Virus record (IMG/VR): IMGVR_UViG_3300044715_001903
Reading direction: 5' to 3' (one strand)
Length of the DNA stretch: 64,000 bases
Source of the DNA: an uncultured virus (IMG/VR IMGVR_UViG_3300044715_001903)
Lineage: Duplodnaviria > Heunggongvirae > Uroviricota > Caudoviricetes
The position numbers and the translations under genes are program-made. Below are positions 19,388 to 27,797 of the stretch, piece after piece. Each line of letters starts with the position of its first letter. Within the stretch, counting starts at the first letter, position 1. The notes below the pieces were generated by a model. It had not been told where the DNA came from. It saw nothing but the letters and a program-made list of their open reading frames with translations, and searched no databases.

Positions 19388-20362
19388 ATGAGAGTAGCAG
19401 AAATTAACACCACAGAACTAAATTTAGACCCCAAAAGATTTCAATACAAACTAGTCCACAATTCAACAGGTGCTACTGGTTCATTATCAGGAATTGACTC
19501 CTGGAATATCTATTTGTCAGGAATTGTATTGGTGTGGGAAGATTTTGGAGACATTTATGTGGTCAATGGTCACAACAGAGTAACCCTGGCCAAAAAGCTG
19601 GGGGTTCAAAAAGTTCTCTGTAGGTTCATTGATGCCTCTACTCATGTAGAAGCTAGGCTAGTAGGTGCACTGGCCAACATTGCAGAGGGTATGGGAACTG
19701 CCATTGATGCAGCCAAGTTTTTTAGAGACTCATCATATACCGTAAAAGACGTAAAAAACTTTGGCATTAATCCCAGGTTAAAAATAGTGCAAGATGGGTT
19801 AAGCCTGTCCAATCTGGTTAGTTTCCTGTTTGATAAGGTTATTACTGGCACTATTCCCATTGATAAGGGTGTGATTTTGGGTAGTGTAGGGACCAGAGAA
19901 CAGTTGGAAGTCTGGGAATTGATTAAGGATAAGCAGGTTAGCACCCCTGCATTGGATGAAATTATCGCAAATATCCTTAACCCTGCAACTGGGCAAATGT
20001 CCCTGCTTAACCTCTACATAGACAGTGATGATGAGCTAATAAGACTAGAGTTAATTGCCCTGGTAAGGGTCAAGCTACAAAGATCCAAAAAACTATTACA
20101 CTTAGTCTCAGATAACTCTCAATTCCTAGAGTCAATAGGAAACAACTTAAATCACACTGGCAACACATCAACTGGTGAGTTAACTCACTATGTGCTACAA
20201 ATTTTTGACCAGTTAAAAAATCAGAGTGGACCAGTAAGTGACATTCTCAGTAAAGGTGTCAATGCTATAAAATCAGGTCAATCAATGCCTGATGTGATAA
20301 CTGTTTGTGTTAATGAACTAATCACAGTTATTCCTAGAATGATCAACCAAAAAGTTGCTTAA
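19388..20362 (+). CDS. ParB/Srx-like N-terminal domain protein
   Basis: DPKRFQYK...LVW....YVVNGHNR..LA. Confidence 0.75.
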   Translation: MRVAEINTTELNLDPKRFQYKLVHNSTGATGSLSGIDSWNIYLSGIVLVWEDFGDIYVVNGHNRVTLAKKLGVQKVLCRFIDASTHVEARLVGALANIAEGMGTAIDAAKFFRDSSYTVKDVKNFGINPRLKIVQDGLSLSNLVSFLFDKVITGTIPIDKGVILGSVGTREQLEVWELIKDKQVSTPALDEIIANILNPATGQMSLLNLYIDSDDELIRLELIALVRVKLQRSKKLLHLVSDNSQFLESIGNNLNHTGNTSTGELTHYVLQIFDQLKNQSGPVSDILSKGVNAIKSGQSMPDVITVCVNELITVIPRMINQKVA

Positions 20363-20422
20363 CCAAAGGTTTAACCAGTTGACTACTTGTTACAAGTGGT
20401 CAACTTTTTTGTATGAGATAAA

Positions 20423-20941
20423 ATGAATAAACATAAACAGTTATCAATTTTTGACTTGTTTCCACAAGATGAGCAGGTGAGAGGCAAGGCAACTGAAACT
20501 CACCCCACACCACCACCTAGAAACTCAGTAATTGGCAAAATGAGGGCTATATCAATCCATGCTCCTCATGCTTATGCAATTTGCCTAGCAATAAAGCCCT
20601 ATGAGTATAGAAACTCTCCTACAAAGTTTCGGGGTTGGGTTTTGATTCATTCCAGTGGCAGCAAAGCTAGTGATTCAAGCTTTAAAGACTATCAGTTAGA
20701 AGACATCAGACACCTTGTTTCCAGGCAAGCTTTAATTGGTGCTGGTTTTATATCAGACTGCCAGAGGATGGAAGAAGGGGGCTTTGCCTATTTATTCAGT
20801 GAGGTATTGTTATTTGACAGCCCTGTTGAAGGGGTGAAGGGTTGCCAAAGCATATTTTGGGGGGACTGTAATGACCCTGCTAAAATAAAGGCTTTTGAGC
20901 AAGCTAGAGAAGAATTAAAGGCTTTTGATATTAGCCTTTAA
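20423..20941 (+). CDS. ASCH-domain protein
   Basis: AISIHAPHAYAI...KPYEYRN....FRGWVLIHS...ALIG...KGCQSIFW. Confidence 0.8.
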   Translation: MNKHKQLSIFDLFPQDEQVRGKATETHPTPPPRNSVIGKMRAISIHAPHAYAICLAIKPYEYRNSPTKFRGWVLIHSSGSKASDSSFKDYQLEDIRHLVSRQALIGAGFISDCQRMEEGGFAYLFSEVLLFDSPVEGVKGCQSIFWGDCNDPAKIKAFEQAREELKAFDISL

Positions 20942-20947
20942 TGTCCT

Positions 20948-20989
20948 GTAAAATAGAGGGTAATTAGTGCCAATTACCCTCTATTTTAC
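20948..20989. repeat. Perfect inverted repeat with 18-bp arms (terminator or regulatory)
   Basis: GTAAAATAGAGGGTAATT-AGTGCC-AATTACCCTCTATTTTAC. Confidence 0.85.
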
Positions 20990-20990
20990 T

Positions 20991-21464
20991 ATGAATTGGA
21001 TATACAGTATGCGTCCCGATGTGGCGTTAATGGTGTTAGATAGCCAAATTAATATACTATTTTCTCCAATAAAAATAACCGGAAAAGTCGCAATTCATAC
21101 GACATTTTATGAAGACAAGAAGGAACAAATAAAATGTGATCAAATGATTAGAGACATGGGGTACGAACCCGACCATATTCTCGAAGGTAGCTTAATGGGA
21201 TGGGCAAAAGTTAAAGAGTGTATTGTTTACGATGACAATAGCTTTATGGCAGATTACAATAAGCACCGCTCTATAACGCCAAATTTACAGCAATTTAGGC
21301 AAGATAATCAATGGTATGGCGATGTTTTTGGAGTGTATTTAGAAAATATAAATATTCCAGCATTGCCGATAATCTGGATAGGGGAATACCAAAAACCCGG
21401 TACATGGTGGCAGCCCGGAGTACCGTTAGACTCCATCGGCTGCAAGATTTTATTTGCAAGTTAA
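20991..21464 (+). CDS. Divergent ASCH-like protein
   Basis: YSMRP.VA...GKVAIH...GSLMGWAKVKEC. Confidence 0.55.
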   Translation: MNWIYSMRPDVALMVLDSQINILFSPIKITGKVAIHTTFYEDKKEQIKCDQMIRDMGYEPDHILEGSLMGWAKVKECIVYDDNSFMADYNKHRSITPNLQQFRQDNQWYGDVFGVYLENINIPALPIIWIGEYQKPGTWWQPGVPLDSIGCKILFAS

Positions 21465-22111
21465 GCGGCTCTTTGTGATCTTCGTCTATTGGCTATCTGT
21501 TTAATAAGTTGACCTCTAGCCGCCCTTGCTTCGCTAGGTCTAGGACGGACTGCTGGTGTTGGTGCTGTTGCTGATGCAGCCCTCCTAGAACCTCTGTTTT
21601 GATGGGGATCACCACTGGTGCTACCACCACCAGCATTGCCAGTCCTACCGCCACCACCGCCAGCATTAGCAGTAAGCCCACTTCTTCGTGCTTCTCTCAT
21701 TGTCCTCCTAGAAGTTGGGTCAAGAAATTCTGCTGTCGAATAACGGTTTAGCCTGTTACGTCTTCTGGCTGGGGTATCATTGTAAGCATCAAAGCCAATC
21801 CTCATCCTCCGTGGCGTACCTTGTCCACCTCCAATACCTCTAGCAACGTTAGCAATGCCGCCTCTAGTGCTACCGCCACCAGCATTGCCAGTGCTACCGC
21901 CACCAGCATTGCCAGTCCTACCGCCTCTTCGTGCTGTTTCTGCTATTACTTGCGGCCTACTACGTGTATCAGTAAAATCCCCCCTTTGTTGTGCTGGTGT
22001 GAAAAAACGGTTAATCCTGTTGCGAGTTCTAGGGTTCTCAAAATCAAGTCCAGTACTTATCCGTCGCCTACCTTGTCCGCCTCTAGTGCTTCTAGCAACG
22101 CCTCTAGCCAT
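21461..22111 (-). CDS. Arg/Gly-rich basic low-complexity protein
   Basis: Strongly basic with GRTGNAGGGST repeats; start placed at MARGV behind a GGGAAAA motif. Confidence 0.65.
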   Translation of the reverse strand: MARGVARSTRGGQGRRRISTGLDFENPRTRNRINRFFTPAQQRGDFTDTRSRPQVIAETARRGGRTGNAGGGSTGNAGGGSTRGGIANVARGIGGGQGTPRRMRIGFDAYNDTPARRRNRLNRYSTAEFLDPTSRRTMREARRSGLTANAGGGGGRTGNAGGGSTSGDPHQNRGSRRAASATAPTPAVRPRPSEARAARGQLIKQIANRRRSQRAA

Positions 22112-22158
22112 AACGGTCAATCCTAATTTTGTAAATATGTTTATCTTTAGTTTTCCCA

Positions 22159-22488
22159 ATGACGGTATTAGCAGAAAGTGATGCAGTTCACTACGAGTTA
22201 CTGACAGATGAGAGCGAGATTATCGGCAGCGTGTTTGCTGTTGACCAGTGCGAGTATATCGAGATAGTTGATTTATCCGTTGGACAAGAATTTCAAGGTC
22301 AAGGTTATGGGCGATCGCTCATGCAGATAATCTTTGACAATCACCCAGACACCATACTTTGTTTACGATGCAGCGCGTTCGACAATGGATTAAGTCAGGA
22401 AAACTTAGCGGAATGGTATAAACGGCTGGGATTTGTGGATGGTACACCATTTCATCAAGGTGATGGGTGGATGCACAGACCTATTTAG
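22159..22488 (+). CDS. GNAT acetyltransferase
   Basis: V..EFQGQGYGRSLM acetyl-CoA motif; WYKRLGF. Confidence 0.85.
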   Translation: MTVLAESDAVHYELLTDESEIIGSVFAVDQCEYIEIVDLSVGQEFQGQGYGRSLMQIIFDNHPDTILCLRCSAFDNGLSQENLAEWYKRLGFVDGTPFHQGDGWMHRPI

Positions 22489-23371
22489 CCGTCAGCCTGG
22501 CGCTAACTTCTGGGAACAAGTCACACAATTCTTTGAGTTGAACGGGTGCGTAACGCGCTAACCACTTATAATAAGTTCCACACAGAATTTCTGGGCTACA
22601 ATACCAAAGCGTCCGGGGAAATGGCTTGCCTTTTTTCTGCGGTATTTGGTGCATTGAGTAAATAGGTGAGATTGGTGCGTCCTCTTCCACTAGCAACGCC
22701 CAAACATCAATATCAAGCCAATCACCTATCGGGAGTCCACGCACATAGGGTAAATAGTCTTTTTTGTCCTGATCACGGAATTGAATTAGTCCTTCTCGAC
22801 TAATTTCAAACTGGCGTTCCATGCCTTCCGCGCCGCGATTTCCCCACATACACATTACATTGGGGTTTCCATCACCATAATTATGCTGAAATTGATAGAT
22901 GGCTTCGTAGGAAATGCTATCCCTCATTTCTCCCCAATCCCAAAAATTCAATGGTTGTCCATCTTTAGTTTTTAATCCGTAAGAATTACCCCAATCTAAA
23001 TATTTTTTAATAATTAATGGAAACGGGTCATCAGTTAAATACTCCTCATAATAAAACCCGTTACCAAATGAATTGATATAATCCTCCCACTCTGGCAAAA
23101 CATCATAGTGGTGCGGAAGTTCCGCACCGCAATCAATAATTAAATTACAATAATCAACCTCTGCTAATTCCAAAATTATTGCAGTTGCCATTGAGTCTTT
23201 ACCGTACCCAAACCACAATCCTGGTATGACATCCTGATTAATTTTAGGATCATCATACCAAGTCCGCACACGCTCAATGGTTTTGTTCTTGAGTGCCTGA
23301 AATTCATCAGTTTTCGCCCGTTTCGCTGCTTCTATATATTTCTTCTGCGGCAGTGCTTTCGATATTTCCAT
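22481..23371 (-). CDS. PAPS-reductase/PP-loop family protein (DndC/IbrA-like)
   Basis: FGYGKDS, D.GAELP, WGNRGAEGMER, PIGDW..IDVW. Confidence 0.8.
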   Translation of the reverse strand: MEISKALPQKKYIEAAKRAKTDEFQALKNKTIERVRTWYDDPKINQDVIPGLWFGYGKDSMATAIILELAEVDYCNLIIDCGAELPHHYDVLPEWEDYINSFGNGFYYEEYLTDDPFPLIIKKYLDWGNSYGLKTKDGQPLNFWDWGEMRDSISYEAIYQFQHNYGDGNPNVMCMWGNRGAEGMERQFEISREGLIQFRDQDKKDYLPYVRGLPIGDWLDIDVWALLVEEDAPISPIYSMHQIPQKKGKPFPRTLWYCSPEILCGTYYKWLARYAPVQLKELCDLFPEVSARLTAK

Positions 23372-23999
23372 CTCCCCAAATATCCCCTTCTAAAATGTTT
23401 TCAGGCCAAGTCAGTACATCTTCTTCTGTGCGCTGCACTTCTTCTTGGGTTTCTTCGCTGTCATCTTCTTCTTGGTCGTCACTTTCTTCTTGGGCATCAT
23501 GGATTAATTTCTCCAATTCTTCTAGTGGTAAATCAGCGTCTAGTTTCAATTGTTGAATACAAGCAAGTGCTAATTCTCGCGCCATTCTGTCTTGTGATTT
23601 TTGCAGAATAGCAACAATAAATGCCTTGCAAATATCTAACTGACGGCGGACATCCCCCATTTTTGATAGGCGAACCGCGCCATCCGCTAAAGCTAAAGTT
23701 CCCTGAAATGCTGCCAACATTCCGTTTAAATCAAGTCCTAAAAGCCGCAGTTTTAATTCTTCGACAAACTCAAAAGTTAGCTCCCCTTGTTCAACTAAAA
23801 TTTCACACGCTTGGAGCAAAGTTTTCCCTTCTTTGGAGAATTTCCCCGCGCCTTCAATTTGTGAAAGAATCCGACCATGGGCAGCATAAAAACTCTCACG
23901 GACAATGCTCTCAAAGTCATAATCTTGGGCATCCGTGAAAGCGTCGCGCCATTTCCCAGATAATCGTTTACCGTAGAGTCCGTTATTCTTCTTTGGCAT
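23307..23999 (-). CDS. Hypothetical helical protein with acidic tail (possible small terminase)
   Basis: Lies in the sigma operon next to an HGGxSTG-like gene; function inferred only. Confidence 0.55.
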   Translation of the reverse strand: MPKKNNGLYGKRLSGKWRDAFTDAQDYDFESIVRESFYAAHGRILSQIEGAGKFSKEGKTLLQACEILVEQGELTFEFVEELKLRLLGLDLNGMLAAFQGTLALADGAVRLSKMGDVRRQLDICKAFIVAILQKSQDRMARELALACIQQLKLDADLPLEELEKLIHDAQEESDDQEEDDSEETQEEVQRTEEDVLTWPENILEGDIWGDGNIESTAAEEIYRSSETGEN

Positions 24000-24288
24000 T
24001 ACGAACCAACCGGACTACTTGGGTAATTATCTTGTTGACTTCCTGCATCGCTTTTGAACGGCGACCATGCCTGATGTTGTTCTTTCCACATTTGGATTTA
24101 TCGCGTGGTCCGGTTGACTTCTCCCAAGGCCTATGTACTAAACATCGTTGACGTGCGGCTTCTATAAACTCAGGTGATAGGTTTTTCCGCTTGTACCTTT
24201 TAGGCGGATATTTTTTAGCCCTGAATGACTCCAAAAACTTGTCAGAATCCAACGTTTTCGGCTGTGATTGCTCCGTCTGTACTGTCAT
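23983..24288 (-). CDS. HGGxSTG-like basic phage protein
   Basis: RCLVH..WEKSTGPR...N.IRHG. Confidence 0.55.
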   Translation of the reverse strand: MTVQTEQSQPKTLDSDKFLESFRAKKYPPKRYKRKNLSPEFIEAARQRCLVHRPWEKSTGPRDKSKCGKNNIRHGRRSKAMQEVNKIITQVVRLVRNAKEE

Positions 24289-25213
24289 TTATTGCCACTC
24301 CTAACTCGGTGCTCATCATGTCTACTATCTTTAGAATTACCTGACTCCGATATTGCTGAACCATGCCCTCAGTTGAGATGCCAATTTTGGGTGCAAGTTG
24401 GTCAAGTTTAGAGCGAAAATTAGCTAAATCACCCTTATCTAAAAAGATAAAAAACTGTGTTTGCTCACCCTTCCCGGTGTAGTTAATTGACTGAACTGCA
24501 CCAACATCTGTCACATTTTCAGTTTCAACAATGACCTTTTCCGCAGGTGGTGGAGGTGTGTAATCGCTTCTACTGGGTGTTACGTCAATGGTAGTGCCAT
24601 CTTCACTCATTTGAGGATTTGGGTATTTCTCGTCATCAAAATCGTAACCCGTTTCTTCCTGTTCCTCTTCCGGTTCTTCTTTGCGAACTAGAAAGGCTCG
24701 CATAAAACTGTTAGCAGTTGAAGTATCCCAACCCGCTGTTTTAATCTGTCTTTTGGGCATTTGTGCCAAAATTGCGGCAATTTTACCGGGGTCATCACGT
24801 CCATCATGGCTAGTATTGTTAAGTCGAAGCAGCGCCGACTTTTGGGATAGTTCATCGAGCGTGACGGGAACGACGGGGATAGCAGTCCAATAATTAGCAC
24901 AAAACCGCTCTCGATGTTTTTCGGCTACTTTATCTCTCCCCGTCCCTTTGATCCACCGATCCCACTCTTTCAGGAAAAAATCTTCATCCTGTTGGCTTAA
25001 CCAATCCGCACCCTGAACCCTGCCATGTCCTGAGATGAGGTAGCCGAAACTACCGTCTAGGTTTCGCTGAATTGTGGGGTAAATCAACCATCCAAAATCT
25101 AGCAAGCTGTCACGAATCCAAGGCAAATCATTCTCTTCTGAATGTTCGCGGGGATTTTCAGGGTGGAATTTTGCCAATACGCTGGAGATTGGTAATCGTA
25201 AAACTTCACTCAT
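24242..25213 (-). CDS. ParB N-terminal domain protein
   Basis: HPENPREH...SLLDFGW..P...LISGHGRV...LNN. Confidence 0.82.
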   Translation of the reverse strand: MSEVLRLPISSVLAKFHPENPREHSEENDLPWIRDSLLDFGWLIYPTIQRNLDGSFGYLISGHGRVQGADWLSQQDEDFFLKEWDRWIKGTGRDKVAEKHRERFCANYWTAIPVVPVTLDELSQKSALLRLNNTSHDGRDDPGKIAAILAQMPKRQIKTAGWDTSTANSFMRAFLVRKEEPEEEQEETGYDFDDEKYPNPQMSEDGTTIDVTPSRSDYTPPPPAEKVIVETENVTDVGAVQSINYTGKGEQTQFFIFLDKGDLANFRSKLDQLAPKIGISTEGMVQQYRSQVILKIVDMMSTELGVAINDSTDGAITAENVGF

Positions 25214-26328
25214 TTTTTAGCAACCTCGACGGCTTCCTGAGATTTTTGCATAGCGCTGTTTAGCAGTTTTAACGCCTCGTCTAACTCTGGTGATTCACCA
25301 CAGTTCTTGATTAGGTAATCAGCGAGTGACGTAAATTTTGATGTAATCTGCCATTGTGATTGACTGGTACTCATTCGTTTTTTCGATAGATTTATTGAAT
25401 TATTGATAACATAATTTTTACTCCATAGGTAAGCGGTGCTGTGGTCAACTCCCAAATAAGTTTCACACCAATAACTAGATTTACCGTTAGCGATCGCCTC
25501 CAAAACTTTCAGCTTCACATTATTAGAATAGCCACGTCTCCCATTTGGCAATGGGTTCTCCCTGAATTGAGTCTGACAGGACTTGCACAAATAGCTTTGT
25601 TTCCCGTCACGTTTACCATTTTTAATAGTTTGATAGGATTTGCAGTTTGGACATTGAACACGCCCCGCAATAATTAACTTTAACTTTTGTAAAGACTCAG
25701 ATTTAATGCGGTGTAATTCCTTCAATTTAATATTATGGATTTGGCACAACATTTTGGCGGGGATATGGGTAATATATAAATCTTTGATGATTGTGGCGTG
25801 AAGTTCTGGCAACTTATCAAGCAGCGGGAGAATTGACTCTGATTCCTCTGCTTGCTCCGTTGTCAACTGTTCGGGTAGTTCAGGATTATTTTGATTGCAA
25901 GCTATCGCCGCCTCTTTGGCAACTTGTAAAGAGATATTTAGTTCAATGGCCGCTTGTTCATAAGTTACGCCATGTTTTTGCGCGTGTCGCTTCAATTTTT
26001 GGTGGGTTTCTTGGAGGGGACGCGGAACTTTTACCATCCGCGCTTTATCCCTGACAAATTGCGCCATTGCACCATAAATAAACGGCACGGCGTAACTGGA
26101 AAGTTTAATTTTCTTAGTAGGGTCAAACCTCTCCACCGCTTTGATTAATCCCTCCGCCCCAATTTGTATCAGGTCTTCTCTTGGGACTGTGCAGCAAGCG
26201 GTCATTTTACCTGCTATATGACCGACTAGCCCCATGTTAGTCTCAACTATTTTGTTTCTCAGTCGGATGTCCCTGGTTTGGTGAAAATTAATTAAAAGTT
26301 GCTGATTGTCTAAGTATGCCGCGTCCAT
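25210..26328 (-). CDS. Phage SigF/SigB-like sigma factor with C-terminal Zn-ribbon/HTH extension
   Basis: RNKIVETNMGLV, EDLIQIGAEGLIKAVERFDP, SSYAVPFI.G; then CPNC...YLCKSC. Confidence 0.88.
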   Translation of the reverse strand: MDAAYLDNQQLLINFHQTRDIRLRNKIVETNMGLVGHIAGKMTACCTVPREDLIQIGAEGLIKAVERFDPTKKIKLSSYAVPFIYGAMAQFVRDKARMVKVPRPLQETHQKLKRHAQKHGVTYEQAAIELNISLQVAKEAAIACNQNNPELPEQLTTEQAEESESILPLLDKLPELHATIIKDLYITHIPAKMLCQIHNIKLKELHRIKSESLQKLKLIIAGRVQCPNCKSYQTIKNGKRDGKQSYLCKSCQTQFRENPLPNGRRGYSNNVKLKVLEAIANGKSSYWCETYLGVDHSTAYLWSKNYVINNSINLSKKRMSTSQSQWQITSKFTSLADYLIKNCGESPELDEALKLLNSAMQKSQEAVEVAKK

Positions 26329-26714
26329 TTATCCCAAATTTAGTAATAACTTTTAAATTACCCAGTCCTGGCGTGTTTGTCACTGACCCCGAAACAGGAA
26401 ACCCTGTGCAAACTACAACTGATGTAGTAGTACAAGCATGGATGGAGGGTAACGCCGCAGTTAAACCCGAACCAGGGCAAAACCCAAATGTAGTTAACTT
26501 GCGCGGGTATGCTGTAAAACCCCGATTACTGCCAACTGAGTTGATCCGTAAACAGTCGGAAGCATCAGCCGTTTATGTTGACCCATTGACGGGGAATGAG
26601 CAAACGGGGAAATTTACGCTACAACCGCAGTTTGACGGAAAACGCCCCAGAGTTACAAAGGCTTTAGCCCGTGCTTTGGGGTCTGAATTACAAGGTACTT
26701 TTGAGTTTAGTTGA
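26316..26714 (+). CDS. Putative head-closure/neck protein
   Basis: Beta-rich with D.ETGNPV motif; assignment by pattern only. Confidence 0.45.
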   Translation: MPRPFIPNLVITFKLPSPGVFVTDPETGNPVQTTTDVVVQAWMEGNAAVKPEPGQNPNVVNLRGYAVKPRLLPTELIRKQSEASAVYVDPLTGNEQTGKFTLQPQFDGKRPRVTKALARALGSELQGTFEFS

Positions 26715-26987
26715 ACATTAAAAGCACCCTTTGAGGCGCTTTATTCACAAGGTGGAGAAATTCTTGCCTTACCTAATGGACATAAATTTTTTGACTCTTA
26801 ACTTTACAACAAGCAGGGCATTTTACACCCTCCAAATCTTCCCGTTCCGTACAAATTTTGATTTGAGAATTTACTACATCTTCATTTAAATAAAGCATAA
26901 AAAATGGGGTGATAGTTCACCCCATTTTTTTAACCTACTTTCATGCTTTTCTTGAATTTACTAGCATTAGTACAGGTTGTTAGTTGG

Positions 26988-27245
26988 TTAGTAAGGGGCG
27001 TTTTGAATCAACCATTGAATGTCCCCCTCATAGAGTTCCTGGTCTTCAGAGAACTCATTAACAAGATGACAAGCTTTGACAGCTTCACCTAGCAATTGTT
27101 TTGTTTGGCTCTGATCAGACATCCAAAATGTCCAGTTTTTTTGATTACCTAATTCAACCATTTTTGCAAAAATTTCTTTTGCATATTCACACACTTTAGA
27201 CCCCCATATCCAAGCACATATTAAATCAATTTCTACATTTTTCAT
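26988..27245 (-). CDS. Early cassette protein 6
   Basis: ATG behind promoter copy 6 with AAGGT RBS; hairpin downstream. Confidence 0.75.
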   Translation of the reverse strand: MKNVEIDLICAWIWGSKVCEYAKEIFAKMVELGNQKNWTFWMSDQSQTKQLLGEAVKACHLVNEFSEDQELYEGDIQWLIQNAPY

Positions 27246-27279
27246 GGTTTTACCTTTATTTCTCAACTCTCACTCTTAT

Positions 27280-27308
27280 ATAGTAACAGGATAACAAATA
27301 TTTGTCAA
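27280..27308 (-). promoter_or_regulatory. Repeated sigma70 promoter, copy 6
   Basis: Reverse complement of the TTGACA-17-TACTAT block. Confidence 0.9.
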
Positions 27309-27380
27309 GGGGTTTTGGAAAGTTTTTTTAAAATATTTTTTTGATGACTAAAAAACCCTCAAAATAGAGGGTTATATGCG

Positions 27381-27587
27381 TTATTCACCTTGTTTTTCTT
27401 TCTTCAATTTTGCCCGCTTTAGTCGCATATACTCTCTCATGTACTCTCGTTTGGCATCCTTGCGTTCGCGGTCTAATTCGCGTTCACGTTCCCTGACTTC
27501 AGGCTTCTGGCGATATTTCTTCCTCCGTGCCTTACCTTTTTCAGATCTTTCGTAATTCCATTGAGCTTTTCTTAAATTCTCGTCCAT
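27381..27587 (-). CDS. Small highly charged basic protein
   Basis: AGGAG RBS; YERSEKGKARRKKY. Confidence 0.65.
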   Translation of the reverse strand: MDENLRKAQWNYERSEKGKARRKKYRQKPEVRERERELDRERKDAKREYMREYMRLKRAKLKKEKQGE

Positions 27588-27667
27588 CGTGTTATACTCC
27601 TAATATTCCTGTTGAACTCTCACAATTTTCGCAGAGAAGACATAGCACCCCTCATGAGGGGTGCTAT
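27572..27667. repeat. About 95-bp imperfect direct repeat, copy 1 (ends in a 26-bp palindrome)
   Basis: Matches 29425..29521. Confidence 0.85.
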
Positions 27668-27707
27668 TGGTTTAGGGTTTCACTGTTTTTGACCTCTCTA
27701 CATTTAT

Positions 27708-27736
27708 ATAGTAACAGCCTAACAAATATTCGTCAA
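27708..27736 (-). promoter_or_regulatory. Repeated sigma70 promoter, copy 7 (variant)
   Basis: TTGACG-17-TACTAT with the same flanks. Confidence 0.8.
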
Positions 27737-27797
27737 GGGGGTTTTGGAAAGTTTTTCAAATCAGGGGAAAGCTTGCTAAAACAGGATAAATATCAGT

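Noticed and set aside
17299..19390. Regularly recurring repeat resembling a CRISPR array or integron attC array
   Set aside because: The repeats are ~100-bp promoters and the intervening sequences are whole ORFs of unequal length; no cas or integron integrase gene is present.
22481..23371. Complete Dnd/Ssp phosphorothioation system
   Set aside because: No DndA/B/D/E or Ssp partners recognisable; only the PP-loop protein is present.
25400..25660. IS1 insertion sequence
   Set aside because: Only an InsA-like module in frame with the sigma factor; no InsB/DDE domain or terminal inverted repeats seen.
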